Under the pieces are notes generated by a model. The model saw nothing but the letters and a program-made list of their open reading frames with translations, ran no database searches and was not told the DNA's origin. From assembly GCA_963575745.1 (NCBI GenBank), contig CAUYUJ010000002.1, forward strand, positions 2,046,001 through 2,110,000: 64,000 bases of DNA, written 5' to 3'. Positions 10,783-23,934 of this stretch are shown here, piece by piece. Positions within the stretch are counted from its first letter, which is position 1. Each line of letters opens with the position of its first letter. Source of the DNA: Prorocentrum cordatum. Its lineage: Eukaryota. Position numbers and translations under genes: made by a program.

Positions 10783-11804
10783 ACGCGCGCCGGTCGCCCC
10801 GAAGGAGTCCCAGCGACGCGCGCGGGTTGTCCGCGGAACGGGGCCAAAAAAATATACGGGTGGCCGACCAGGGGTTAGGCTGGGCAGAGCGCGCGGGCGT
10901 CGGGCAATTCCTGGAGGCAGAGCACAGGGGAGTCCCCACAAGCTTATGGGGCCACGAAGCGCGTGGAGGGTGAGCATTCGGTGGGGCTCCCTATGCGAGC
11001 GTTCCTTCCAGAGCTTCGGTGGAGCTCCCCATGGGGCCACGAATCGTGTCACGGGTGTACTGGGGCCTTCGGTGGAGCTCCTATGGGGCCACGAAGCGCG
11101 TGATTTCTGTCCCGAATTGGACATACGGAGGGCGGGGCCCGCATGCGAACGCGGCCCCTGGAGCCTTGAATGGAGCGCAATATGAGCCCACGAAACGTGT
11201 CAGGGTGCGCTGAAGTCGAGACATGGTGGGAAGGGAACTGCATGCGAACGCGGCCTCTGGGGCATTCGGTCCCCCCTGGGGCCACGAAGAAACTTATGGA
11301 GGGTGTGCCGACATGGACATGCGGCGGGCCGGAAGCCGCTTGCGAACGCTGCCTCTGGGGCCTTCGGTGGAGCTCCTTCTGGGACCACGAACCGTGCGAC
11401 GGGTGTTCCGAAGTGAACATACGGTGGGCGGGGAACCACATGCGAGCGCGGCCTCTGGGGCCTTCGGTGGAGCCCCTTCTGGGGCCACGAATCGTGCGAC
11501 GGGTGTCCCGACATGAACATGCGGTTGGCGGGGAGCCACATGCGAACGCGGCCTCTTAGACCTTCGGTGGAGCCTTTTTCTGGGGCCACGAAACGTGTGA
11601 TGTCTGTCCCGAGATTGATCTACGGTTGGCGGGGAGCCACATGCGAACGCGGCCTTTTGGGCATTCGGTGGGATCCCCTATGGGGCCAGACACGTGCGAG
11701 GGGTGTGCACAACAGGCACAGACGGGAAGAGGAACGGAGGGCGAACAGGACGCGGGGCGCTGTCTTTTCAAAGCGAGGATCCAACACCACAAGATGGTTC
11801 GTAA
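10783..11804. repeat. Diverged satellite-carrying element (~100-bp units) with head and terminal block
   Basis: The head ACGCGCGCCGGTCGCCCCGAAG..CCGCGG(A/C)ACGGG is shared with about 4600-4665. Satellite units span about 10945-11710 and the terminal block is at 11749-11804. Confidence 0.8.
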
Positions 11805-12914
11805 AAAATGGGGGACTGAAAACTGTTTGATCGGATGAGGAGGCAGGGATCACACAGATCAGATCGCGCCGCAGACGTTTCGATTTCGGCGTCTGGGGTG
11901 CCCGCTGCCCCGCGGTGTGGGTCACAGGCTTGGTCCAGGATGAAGAGCCACCCGGGGTGGACGCTCGGAGGAGTGGGTCTGGGGCTGCGCACCCCAGCCT
12001 CCGACGCCGTTCCCCTGGGTGCGTCTCACGGGCATTCCTCCCGCCTGACAGGTCGGGGTTGCCAGATGTAAGAGAGGAGTCCGCCCGCCAGCCCTGCATG
12101 CCGCGGTGGCCAGGCCCCAATTCGAGCAGCGGCGAAGCGTCCTGGCTTTCCATCGGCCCACCAAAAAATGTTATAAAAACCTTTTGTGGTCTGCGCGAAA
12201 TGCTCTTAGAACATTTCTGGCTGCGGCTACCTTGTTTTAACACATCGGGCTTATGCTTGACTCAGAAAGCTGTTTTTATTAGAACATTTCTGGGTTCGAA
12301 AATCATTTCGTGGTAGGCCTATCGGATTGCCGGGACAGTCGGTCCTTGCTCAAACAATGTCCCGAGTATCCCGCGTCATCTGGCAGCCGCGCATGCCACG
12401 GCCGCAAGGCCCAGGTGGTTCCGAGCATCTTGCCTCGCACGCCAGGCCTGCCTGTTGCGGCCGCCGGTCCCCAGTAGTCCCGAGACTCCTGAGCCGCCTC
12501 GTTGGGCTCCAAGCGCCGATGCGATAGGATAGCGTCACGACTAATCTGACATGACAGGCTTCATGCCGTCATGCATAAACGACATAAACGATCTGGCATC
12601 TAGAACAGACGCCAATAACGTACATGCACAACAGACCACGAACATATATACATACGTAACACCCCGCAATTGCGGATAAGAGTGAGGGGGCGGGTGCGGG
12701 GCGACGTGGGCGTCGAGCGGGCGGACCTCGCGGCCCTCACCTTCCCTGTCGATGGCGCCATCCTCCTCCTCCTTCTCCTCCTCCTCCTCCTGCTCCTCCT
12801 CCTCCTCCTCCTCCTCTTGCTCGTCCGCGTCCTCGTCCTCATCGTCGTCGTCGTCCGCCTCCTCCGAATTGCAGCAGGCAGCGGGATTGTCAATTAACGT
12901 GTTCAGACACAGCT

Positions 12915-14662
12915 CCGCCGCAGGCGCCGATGTGCTGTTCTAGAGTCAACGTGGGCCGGATCGGAGGAATGGCAAAAGGGCGCTTTTCCAAACCAATGCG
13001 AGCAAGCCCGCCGCAGGCGCCGATTTGCGTGTTCTGACAAGTTCAGCGCGGGGGGGATCGTTGGTGAGCCACCCGGAAGGAGTGCAAAAACAGCCCGCCG
13101 CAGGCGCCGAATTTTTGGTTTGTTCTGTGAGCGTAGGGTCGCAGATGGGTCGCGGGTTCTTCACCTCCACCTGGAAGGAATTCAAAAACAGTCTGCCGCA
13201 GGCGCCGAAAATTTTGATTTGTAGACTGAACGCAGTTTGGGTCGCAGGCTCTCCACCTGGCAAAAAATACCCGCCGCAGGCGCCGAAGTCTTGGCCTGTT
13301 CAGTGAACGTAGTTTGGGTCGCGGGTGGGTCGCGGGTTCTCTACCTCCACCTGGAAGGAATGCAAAAACAGTCCGCCGCAGGCGCCGAAAATTTTGATTT
13401 GTACACTGAACGCGGTTTGGTTCGCGGGTGGGTCGCGGGTTCCCCACCTGGAGTGGATGCAAAAGAAGCTTGCCGCAGGCACCGAAAATTTTGGGTCGCG
13501 GGTGGGTCGCGGGTGGGTCGCGGGTGGATCGCGGTGGGTCGCAGGTGGGTCGCGGGCGGGTCGCAGGGTGGGTCGCGGGTGGGGTCGCGGGTGGGTCTCG
13601 GGGTGGGTCGCCGGTGGGTCGCGGTAGGTCGCAGGTGTGCTGCGGGTGGATCGCGGGTGGGTCGCGGGGTGGGTCGCGGGTGGGTCTCGGGGTGGGTCGC
13701 TGGTGGGTCGCGGGTGGGTCGCCGATGCAGAAAATACCCGCCGCATGCGCCGAAGTTTTGGCTTGTTCAAAGAAAGTAGTTTGGGTCGCGGGTCGCGGGC
13801 TCTCCACCGCCACCTGGAAGGAAATCAAAAACACCCCGCCGCAGGCGCCGCAAATTTTGATTTGTACACTGAACGCGGTTTGGGTCGCGGGTGGGTCGCA
13901 GGTTCTCCACCTGGAGCGAATGCAGCACAAGCCCGCTGCAGGCGCCGAAAATTTTGGGTGGGTCGCGGGTGGGTCGCGGGTGGGTCGCGGTGGGTCGCGG
14001 GTGGGTCGCGGGTGGGTCGCGGGGTGGGTCGCGGGTGGGTCTCGGGGTGGGTTGCCGGTGGGTCGCGGTGGGTCGCAGATGGGTCGCGGGTGGGTCTCGG
14101 GGTGGGTCGCCGGTGGGTCGCGGGGTGGGTCGCCGATGCAGAAAATACCCGCCGCATGCGCCGAAGTTTTGGCGGCTTGTTCAAAGAACGTAGTTTGGGT
14201 CGCGGGTCGCGGGCTCTCCACCGCCACTTGGAAGGAAGTCAAAAAACGCCCCGCCGCAGGCGCCGCAAATTTTGATTTGTACACTGAACGCGGTTTGGGT
14301 CGCGAGTGGGTCGCAAGTTTTACGTTTGGAACAAATTCAAAAGAAGCCCGCCGCAGGCGCCGAAAATTTTCGGTGGGTCGCGGGGTGGGTCGGGGTGGGT
14401 CGCGGGTGGGTGTGGTCGCGGGTGGGTCGCGGGTGGGTCGCGGGTGGGTCGCGGGTGGGTCGCCGGTGGGTCGCGGGTGGGTCGCCGGGGGGGTCTCGGG
14501 ATGGGTCACGGGCGGGTCGCGGGGTGGGTCGCGGGTGGGTCGCGGGTGGGTCGCGGGTGGGTCGCGGGGTGGGTCGCGGGTGGATCGCCGGGTGGGTCGC
14601 GGGTGGGTCGCGGGTGGGTCGCGGGCTGGGTCGCGGGTGGGTCGCGGGGGGGTCGCGGGTGG
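12915..14662. repeat. Composite satellite: (GGGTCGCGGGT)n runs interleaved with CCGCCGCAGGCGCCGAAAATTTT blocks
   Basis: 11-mer runs at about 13490-13720, 13955-14135 and 14370-14660, plus more than ten copies of the CCGCAGGCGCCG block. Confidence 0.92.
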
Positions 14663-14708
14663 GACGACGACAACACAAACAAACAAACAACAAAAACAAC
14701 ACAACAAT

Positions 14709-14766
<58 letters not shown>

Positions 14767-14774
14767 TTACTAGC

Positions 14775-15575
14775 ACGTGGGGATACTCCGTTCTCACCAG
14801 TGCCAGGGTTTTCATAGGAGGCGGGCAATACCCCCACTTTGTGGGGGGGCCGGTTCAAGCTCTACCAAATTTCCAAACGACTCTTCGCCACCACCCACAC
14901 CCAGCTTCCCGCCCTATGACGTTCGGACACTTCACTTCGTGGCATGCGGACGACCGTGGCTACTATTCAGGGCCCCGCGGCCGACGACGACGGCGTGCGC
15001 GCGCGAAGAAAAAACGAATGTGTCCCGCATGGTATTATTTGACAGGGATGATGGCCCTGGCAGGTGCGCAACCGTTGTTGCAGAAGTTCGAAAAAGTTGC
15101 TAGCAAAAGCCCGTTTGACAGAAATGTTTAAAAAGTGTTGGGTTTCCTACGAATCCGCAAGAGCGCGCGGGATGAAATTTTGACATTTTTTTTGAAAAAC
15201 CATTGGTTTTTTTGATGTTTTTATGTTAAAATCGCTACGAAAACCAAGGTTTTGGAAGGATTTCGTCTTGCGCGCGCGAATGTCCACTTTACCTTGTTTT
15301 TTTTGCAAGGGATTCTTGAAGTTTGGTTATGTTAGAACCAGAAATGTCCACTTTAGCTTGTTTTTTGCAAGGGAAAGCGGGGGACAACAAAACAACCGGA
15401 TCTGGTACACATCGTTTTGCCTGAGGCTTCCTCACGAAAATGATGAAAATGTGGCTGCGGCCTAGGCGCGGCGGGGGGGGCGCGCACCAGGGGCCCCAAC
15501 AATAATTATTCTTTAGAAGTAATAATCTTCAACAACAACAACAACATCAACAGCAGCAGCATCAACAACAACAAC
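14775..15575. mobile_element. Interspersed non-coding element bounded by (CAA)n tracts, copy 1
   Basis: High similarity to 44795-45915 (CCAGTGCCAGGGTTTTCATA...; CGAAGAAAAAACGAATGTGTCCCGCATGG...; CCCAACAATAATTATTCTTTAGAA). Confidence 0.8.
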
Positions 15576-16664
15576 AGGAATCCGCATCGCGGAATTTCAC
15601 TTCAGCCACGCAGCCAGGGACATTGAATGACCGTTCGGTTCAGCCCCCTCATTCTGACTATATTCCATGATCCTACCGAACAACCGACATCAAGAACAGA
15701 CACCATAACCGTATACGTAGCAATTACCTGTAACGTACCTCAAGAGCGCACAACAACATATATCAAGAGCATGTTCTCAGAATTATACCAAACCTTGGCA
15801 TCAGTCACAGTCATCAGGGACATGCACGAGGAATGCACGTCAATAACATGCATAAATAACATGCATGATTCGTACAAGTGCTTCGGTGTTGCTAAAATGT
15901 TGGCCATCCATGTAGACGCGGGATCCCTCTCCCCCGTAGAACCTGACAACAAGGCATCCGTTTGCGGTGGAGTAGGTTTCGGCCCCACACCCTGGTTCGC
16001 TTGAGTTGTTAAATTGCCAACACTGTGGAACTTGATTCCGCTCTTTTCTTATTACATGGAAGAACCGTCCCGCCATCGGGTCGGAGTTGCCCAGCTTCTT
16101 CTTGCAGCAGGAATAACCTGCCCCATGTCTTGCGAAATGTACTTCGCGCCGCTTCATATCTCGATGGCGAGCGGGGTCTGCCCTCTGGGGCCTTTTGCCT
16201 CGTCGCCGTATCGCCCGAGGACGCAGTCGATGGTGACACGCATGTAGTAATGCCGCAGCACGCCATGTGTTTCATTGTTGTTGCACATTGCTTTTGCATT
16301 GCATTGCGTTGCTATGCTCTTGGCGGCGACGATGACGACAACGACCACGACGACGACGACAACGATGACGGCGGCGACAGTGACGGCGAAGAACGATGCC
16401 GACGATGGCGCTGGAGACGACGGCGACGGCCGCGCTGTCGACGACGGCGGCGGCGGCGATGGCGGCGATGATCACAACGGCGGCAGCGGCGACGGCTCAG
16501 ACGGCGGCGACGGCGATGTGGGCGACGGCGATGGCGACGACGATAGTGACGTCGTCCTGTCAGCTTTACGCACAGGCTTCCAGAACATGTGTCAAGAACA
16601 TACGTAGTCGGCATGGCGACCGCTCATACAGGATGAAACACCCACCACCACCTGCCGATGCATT

Positions 16665-17160
16665 CGGTCGGGGGCCCGTGCCTCTGCCGCTGACCGCGGT
16701 CGGGGCCCGTGCCCTCGCCACGGCGTAGCGCCAACCCCGCAGGCCCGTGCCTGTGTGGCTGCATCTTTCGTTGTCTTCCTGTTCGCGGTCGGGGCCCGTG
16801 CCCTCGCCGCCGAACGAGCATCGCAAGCCCGTGCTTGTGTGGCTGTTCCTTTCGCGTGCGCGGTCGGAGCCCGTGCCTTCGCCGCTGAGACCCCGCAGGC
16901 CCGTGCCTGGGTGGCTGCTGTGAACTGCGCTCGCGGTCGGGGCCCGTGCCCTCGCCGCAAAGCTACCGCCACAGGCCCGTGCCTGGGCGGTTCTGCCCGC
17001 TGCGTTCGCGGCCGGGGCCCGTGCCCTCGCCGCCGAACTACCACCGCAAGCCCGTGCTTGGGTGGCCGTACCGTTTGCGCACGCGGCCGGGGCCCGTGCC
17101 GACGGCCCTCTTTCCAGAGCAGGGCCCGTGCCTTCGCAAGCAGGCCCGTGCCCGAGGTTC
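16665..17160. repeat. Degenerate tandem repeat built on CGCGGTCGGGGCCCGTGCCCTCGCC / CAGGCCCGTGCC
   Basis: GCCCGTGC recurs about every 30-40 nt. Confidence 0.8.
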
Positions 17161-19227
17161 TGGGCGGGGCCTCGTTATGGGCTTACCCGAACGCACTGTC
17201 ACACAATGCGGTTACCGTTTGTGCTTTCACCATGCGTACAACGCGCTGCGCGCGTGGCACGCCAACAGTAAAGATCGTACGAACCTACATGAAACACCTG
17301 ATAACTAAACAGCACACAGAAAACACACGCACAAACACGAAACAGTACGGGTACAGACCATGCACTATGCATTCGCAACGGTTGTACACAAACAGTGGAG
17401 TGAATCGTCACATTTCGGAACGATTCGCGGCCACTCCCCAGTGACAAACAATTAGTTTGAAGCCTCTAGAGGCCTCTGTAGGCCGTCCGGGGACCTCCGC
17501 AGACTCCTAACGATCTCCAGGGGTGCATGTGTGACCAACTTCTGGAGACCCAGACAGGAAGAAAGAAGCGGGAGGTGAAGGGGGTCAGTTTCACAACCAA
17601 GTTCTCTCTCTTTCTGCGAATCTCTCAATATCAATCTCAATATTTCTGTCCCGTTGGATGCAGTGTGCAGGGTTTTGCAGCTTGAAACCCGAACGCTGCA
17701 CGGGTGGAAAGCAGCTCCTTTTCAAAATCGTGTTGTTGCTTGAGGTTGTCTCACATGCGTTCCCAGAAGTTCTAACGTCTCGCCAACAGATGCACGAGAC
17801 GATGGTGGCACATGTTCAAACGTTGCGTTCTCTCGTCGGCGTCGCGCATCAACCATCTGAATGCATGCAGGCTGGCTTCTCTCAAACTAGTGTGTTGCAA
17901 CGCGATGCAGCCGAAGCTGTAGATTGTCGTCGACGCGCGTTTCAAAGCCGATCGGCCTCTTACCATGCAGGCCCATAGCTTAGGACTCCCATCTTTCCAC
18001 CTGGCGCTCGCCAAAGGAACAAGAAGCATGTGTACTGTCTTATCTGGACGGGGCTCGGGACGAAAGGATGCATTGCAGCATGGGTAGCGCGATCTGCGTC
18101 AACTGTAGCGCTTCCATCAGCATCCTCATCCTTCTGTTTCTCCTCCTCCCTTCTCTACCCTAGCTATGTGAGCTCAAGGCTGGATATAGGCCGTGAAGTT
18201 GGGGTGACGTTTGAGGCAGCCTCATACACGCCGCCATGCGTGAGCGTACGGTGAGCAGGCAGACCGCTGGCGGTGCGCCGCAGGCGGTGACCGGCCGCAG
18301 ACCGCAGGCGGTGAGCACGTGGTGAAGCGCTGGGCGGCTCCAGGCCGCCCAAGTGGGGCCAGAGCTGATGGGGGCGAAGGCTCGCGCCGCATCGGCGAGG
18401 CGGCGCGATCTACATTCAGGCGTCGCCGATGCATCGGCGATGCGGCTCGATCCTCGGATCTCACCCGCGCCAGCCCCATGAGGGCGGGCTCCAGAGGTTG
18501 AGCTCGCGCAAGGGCCGGCGAGGCTCGTGCACAGCGATGGCGGCACGATCGCCCTGGACGAGCTGAGGCCCAGAGCACGGGCTTTGGATGCCGTTCGGGG
18601 GTCGCCACCTGCCGATGCACGGGCACTGCCCTCGTGTCGGTCATGGGCGCCAAGCGTCAGGGGAATCGGAAGTTGTTGGAGCCCCCACCCTTCGGGGGTG
18701 GACAGAACCCCCACCCTGATACGTCGATTAGTGGGTTCTCCGTTTTCGGTTCTCGGGAGGGCGCCGCGGTCGTCATTTTCCAGGCTTGCGCCCGCCAGGT
18801 TTGGGCCCGAGGCCGTTGCCACTGCTAAAGAACGTTTTGCTAAAGGGGGCTTTGTCCATCCCCGAACCTTGCCAAACCGATTCGTGAAGTGCCTTTTTGT
18901 TATCGACTTGGTGATGAGGCCGCAGTATTTATGCGGGCCTGCGCCCGCCGGGTCTGGTCCTGGGTCGTGTTCACGGAAGGGCGTTTTGCTAAGAGGGTTC
19001 GTTTTCCTTCCTCCTCCGCCTCTTTTTCCTCCTCTTCTTCCTCCTCCTCCTTTTCCTCCTCCGCCTCCTCCTCCTCCTCCTCCTCTTCTTTCTCTTCTTC
19101 CCACAGTGCATTCGGCCCGAGAGCTTTGGGTGCGGCAGGCAGCTGCCGCGAGCTCCCCTCGGGCCGGGACCATCGCGTCTTCGGAGGAGGCGTGGCATCG
19201 GCGCGCCAGGCGCCTGCGTGCCAGCGC

Positions 19228-20448
19228 ATGCGACCTGGTCAGAGCCTGGAAAAGCGGCGGCTCGGTGCGTTTCCACGCGGGCCTGGCCAGGGCCGTGGAC
19301 CTGTTCAACGGCCATCACGGGTCTCCAGCGGGGGACATGGCGGCAGGGCGCGTTGGAGGTGCAGGCCGCGCGGGCGGGCTGGGTGGAACTGCTCGCGCTG
19401 CCAGTACTACAACTTCGCGGAAAAGGCGGCGTGCAGGGTGCAGCGGTGCACGGGGCAGCGGCCCAAGCAACCGCCACTTGGCGCGCCTCGTGGTGCTGGC
19501 CCTCGCGCCGCTGCCGCTGCGCCCATGTGGGCCCCTTGGCGGCGCGGCGATCGTCCCGCTGGTCCAGGAGGTGGCGCTGGAGGAGGTGGTGCTGGAGGCG
19601 GGGGCATCGACGAGGAGACGAGATTCGAGCTGGTGCGCATGTCGGAGGAGCAGTTCGTGGTCACGGCCAAGCTGCTCGACGCCAAGGCCACGCGTGAGAT
19701 CCTGTAGGCCAGGAGGCTCGCGCAGGAGGGGTTGGGTGACCTGTCCAAGGTCAAGGAGGCCAGGGCAGCTCAGATGCTCGCCGACGAGAAGGCCCAGACT
19801 ATCAAGACGACGGAGGGTTTGCTGGAGCAGGCCAAGGAGCGCGCCCTCCGCGCCGTCAGCGAGATGGCGGAGCTCGGGGCGAAGCTGGAGCAGCTGCGCC
19901 GCGAGCGGGAGGAGGCGGCCGCCAAGGCCAGGGAGGCGTTGGCCGCCCAGGCCGCCAAGAAGGCAGAGGAGGCAGCGGCAGCGGCAGCAGCGGGCCCGCA
20001 GCAGCCCCCCTCGGCGGCGCTGCGCAAGGCGATTGGCGAGGCGCTGGCCGCCTGCGCTGAGGCGCCTGTGCTGGTGGCCAAGCTCTGCGGGGTGCTGGAC
20101 GAGCTGCTCGAGGGCCGCGCCAGGGCCGCGGCGGCGGGGCCAGCGGGGGGGCGCCCCCCCCCCCCCCGGAAGGCGGTCGCGGCGGCCAGTTCGGCCGCAG
20201 GGCCAGCGCAAGCCACCGCGCCTGCTCCCGATGTGGGCGCGCAGCAGGTCTGGAGGGACTTCACGCAGGGACTGGACGACCCAGACAAGCGGAAGGTCGC
20301 GGAGGTGCTCGTGAAGGAGTGCACCACGCAGGCGGCCAAGAAGGGAGGTTGCGCTGAGTGGGAGTATGATGAGCGCGTGGGGCCGCGCCCTCGCCGCCGA
20401 AACGCCGAAAATGAAAAAGTGCCAGCGTCGCTCTGGGGATTCGTTTAG
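19228..20448 (+). pseudogene. RanBP2-type zinc finger + coiled-coil ORF (possible retroelement ORF1/gag relic)
   Basis: WNCSRCQYYNFAEKAACRVQRC at 19384-19449. A single in-frame TAG at 19705-19707 is followed in the same frame by an E/K/A-rich heptad region with GC3-rich codons. No RT follows. Confidence 0.6.
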
Positions 20449-21409
20449 TTTTTAAATAGATATGCGCGCGCTGTTTGCGCCATCCCAAAACAATAGTTCT
20501 CAAAGAAAAAGCACGCAGGGAAGATAATCGCAGAAATCCCAGAAACAGCCTGAACGCAATCCGCGAACAAGGACCACTGATGCGGAGTTAGCGACGCCGC
20601 TAGTTTCACAGCGGCGTCGCGCAAAATCTGAATTTCAACGCCGCCTAGCTCATTCAGCCGGGGGGGGCCCAGCTGGGGCCTCTCCCAAACGCACGCCGTG
20701 CAATGGCGTGTTTTTGTTTTTTCTTTGCGCTTGGGAAGTGCACGCGTTTTAGGATATGAGGTTGACAAGGAAAAACTGCGTAGGCAATATTCAGATATCA
20801 TTTTTCCCGCACGTGAAGGAGCCCCCGTGGCGACCCCAGAAGTAGTGGCACCGGGGTGATTTTCTTACGGGACTTCAGCCCTTCAACACCGAAAACCGAA
20901 ATAAGTAGTTTGAACAAACACCTGTACTTTGTAACGATACGCGCAAACTTGCATGTCCTTTGCGCGTCGTGCCACATGCTTCCGAAGTGGCTGATCGAAA
21001 CAACAGTTCCCTCGCGCTCGGTTCAGAAATCGTGCCCCGTCGCTTCCGTTGCGAATAAATATAGCCCTATATTGTTGATGGCGCCCACGCGCATTCATTC
21101 AAATTTGCGCATGCATGCGTTGGTGATCGCCGACTCTGCACATTTGCCGGAGCGCGGCCTGGGCCGGGCCCTCTCCGGATTTCGGGGCGCGCACTGCCGC
21201 TCGCTTGCCTTCAAGAAGTGCTTGTACTCTTTATATATTATCTAAGCGCCCAGAAAGGGCAAACCATTGATTTCAGAAACGAAGTGAAAAAAACATGAGG
21301 CGATCTGAAATATGAAATTTACATTGGGTTTTTGTTATTGGGTTTTTTGGGTTGGCATGGGTCTTCCGTTTTTTTCCCCCCCCGAAATCGGTTGCAAACT
21401 CTGGGTGGC

Positions 21410-23835
21410 ACGAAACGTCTCAGGCAGAATGGGCCAGACCATCTCGCGCGCAACATCTTCGAGCCTCGCATAGCGAGGATGGCTCAATCGAAACGGGCCG
21501 GACCACCTCACGAGCGACATCTTGGAGCTCAGTATTGGAAGGATGTCTCAAACGAAACGGGCCAGACAATATTTCGCACACGTTTTGACAAGTCTACATC
21601 GCACCCGCTTCCCGTTAGGTCCTCTCCTGCAACTCCCTTCCTTCTCCATCCTCCTCCTCCTCCTCCTCCTCTTCCTCCTCCTCCTCCTCCTCCCCCTCCT
21701 CCTACCTGCTCCCTCATGCACATCATCCGCCTCCTCCTTCTCCCTTCCATCTCCTTCTCCTCCTCCTCCTCCTCCTCCTCCTCCTCGATCTCCTCTTCAT
21801 CCCGAACGGCATCTCGGAGCCTAGAGTTGCGAGGATGTCTCCAGCGTAACGGGCTGGACCACCTCGCGCGCGGCATCTCGGACCCCAGAGTTGCGACGAT
21901 GTCTCGGGCAAACGTGCTGCGAGGAAGTCTCAGGCGAAACGGGCCAGACCACTTCGAGCGCGGCGTCTCAGAGCTCCGAGTTGCGGGGGCCTCCTGGTGC
22001 CTCTTGGGGCCTCCTTGGGACCTCCTGGAGCTTCCTCCTGGGCCTCCTGTGGTGTCCTGAACTCCACCTGGGGTTTCCTGAAGCCTTTTGGGGCTCCCAG
22101 GGGGGATATCAAACCTGTGGCCGTTTGGGCTTCTCCAAACAAAAGGAGGGGGGGGCACAAGAGCAGGGAAAATCAACGAATCGACACCGGATGTGTATTA
22201 ACTTGACACGTTCTGATAGGCGGCCTCCTGGGGCCTCCTGGGAGCCTCCTAGGAATCTCCTGGGGACCCCTGGGGCCTGTCCTGGGCGTCCTGCGGCCTC
22301 CTGGAGCTCTCTGGGGCCTCCCCCTCCTCCTGCCTGCTCCCTCATGCACATAATCCGCCTCCTCCTTCTCCCTTCCATCTTCTCCTCCTCCTCCTCCTCC
22401 TCCTCCTCCTCCTCCTCCACCTCCTCTTCATCCCGAACGGCATCTCGGAGCCTAGAGTGGCGAGGATGTCTCCAGCGTAACGGGCTGGACCACCTCGCGC
22501 GCGGCATCTCGGACCAGAGTTGCGACGATGTCTCGGACGAAACGTGGTGCGAGGAAGACTCAGGCGAAACGGGCCGGACCACCTCGAGCGCGGCGTCTCA
22601 GAGCTCCGAGTTGCGGGGGCCTCCTGGTGCCTCTTGGGGCCTCCTGGGGACCTCCTGGGGCTCCCTTCTGGGCCTCCTGTGGCCTCGTGAAGGGGTTTCC
22701 TGAAGCCTCTTGGGGCTCCCAGGGGGGGCATGTAACCTGTGGCCGTTTGGGCCTCTCCAAATGGAGAGGGGGGCACAAGAGCAGGAAAAATCAACGAATC
22801 GACACCGGATGTGTATTAACTTGACACGTTCTGATAGGCGGCCTCCTGGGGCCTCCTGGGAGCCTCCTGGGAATCTCCTGGAGACCCCTGGGGCCTGTCC
22901 TGGGCGTCCTGCGGCCTCCTGGTGCCTCCTGGGGCCTCCTGGGGACCTCCTGGAGCTTCCTCCTGGGCCTCCTGTGGCCTCCTGAACTCCACCTGAGGTT
23001 TCCTGAAGCCTCTTGGGGCTCCCAGGGGGGATATCTAACCTGTGGCCGCTTGGGCCCCTCAAAATGGAGGGGGGGCACAAGAGCAGGAAAAATCAACGAA
23101 TCGACACCGGATGTGTATCAACTTGACACGTTCTGATAGAGGGCCTCCTGGGGCCTCCTGGGAGCCTCCTGGGAATCTCCTGGGGGCCCCTGGGGCCTGT
23201 CCTGGGCGTCCTGCGGCCTCCTGGACCTCTCTGGGGCCTCCTGAGGCTCGCAGGGTCCCATGGAGGATATGTAACATGTGGTCTTCTCGGCCCCCAGGCT
23301 GGACCACCTCTTGCGCAGCATCTGAGAGCTCAGAGTTGCGAGAATGTCTTGTGCGAAACAGGCCGGACCACCTTGCGCAGGGCATCTCAGAGCTCAGAGT
23401 TGCAAGGATGTCTCAGGCGAGACGGGCCGGACCACCTCGCGCAGAGCATCTCAGAGCTCAGAAGTTCGAGGATGTCTCAGGCGAAACGGGCCGGACCACC
23501 TCTCGCGCGGCATCTCCGAAGTCAGAGTTTCGAGGATGTCTCAGGCGAAACGGGCCGGACCACCTCGCGCAAGGCATCGCAGAGCTCAGAGTTTCGAGGA
23601 TGTCTCAGGCGAAACGGCCCGGACCACCTCTCGCACGGCACCTCGGGGCTCAGAGTTTCGAGGATGTCTCAAGCGAAACGGGCCGGACCACCTCTCGCGC
23701 GGCGTCCCGGATCGCAGCTTTTTGAGGATGTCTCAGGCGAAACGGCCAATCCCGGCCAACTCAGAAACGAGAGTTGTGAGGATGTCTCAAGCGAAACGGC
23801 GAAAAGAAAACCATACAATTTTTGTGAGGATGTCT
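21410..23835. repeat. Repeat complex: ~61-bp GAGGATGTCTCAGGCGAAACGGGCCGGACCACCTC units plus duplicated GGGGCCTCCT-rich blocks
   Basis: Tandem units at about 23340-23830 and scattered at 21410-22615. The block AATCAACGAATCGACACCGGATGTGTAT(T/C)AACTTGACACGTTCTGATAG occurs three times (near 22170, 22790, 23091). Confidence 0.9.
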
Positions 23836-23934
23836 CTGCTCCCCCTTCCCTCGGCTGGAGTTAGTTTCTATCACAACAGCACCCCGTTCAGCAAGCTGTT
23901 TGGGGAATAAAAACTTCTCACCCACACACCATGT

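Noticed and set aside
10945..11710. CRISPR-like look: constant ~60-nt core with a variable ~35-nt segment
   Set aside because: The variable segments are homologous to each other rather than unique spacers, there are no cas genes, and the context is eukaryotic.
15627..21245. AT-richer short ORFs at 15.6-16.2, 17.6-18.1 and 20.4-21.2 kb
   Set aside because: No motifs, and stops in protein-like frames. They may be ancient relics but cannot be supported without a search.
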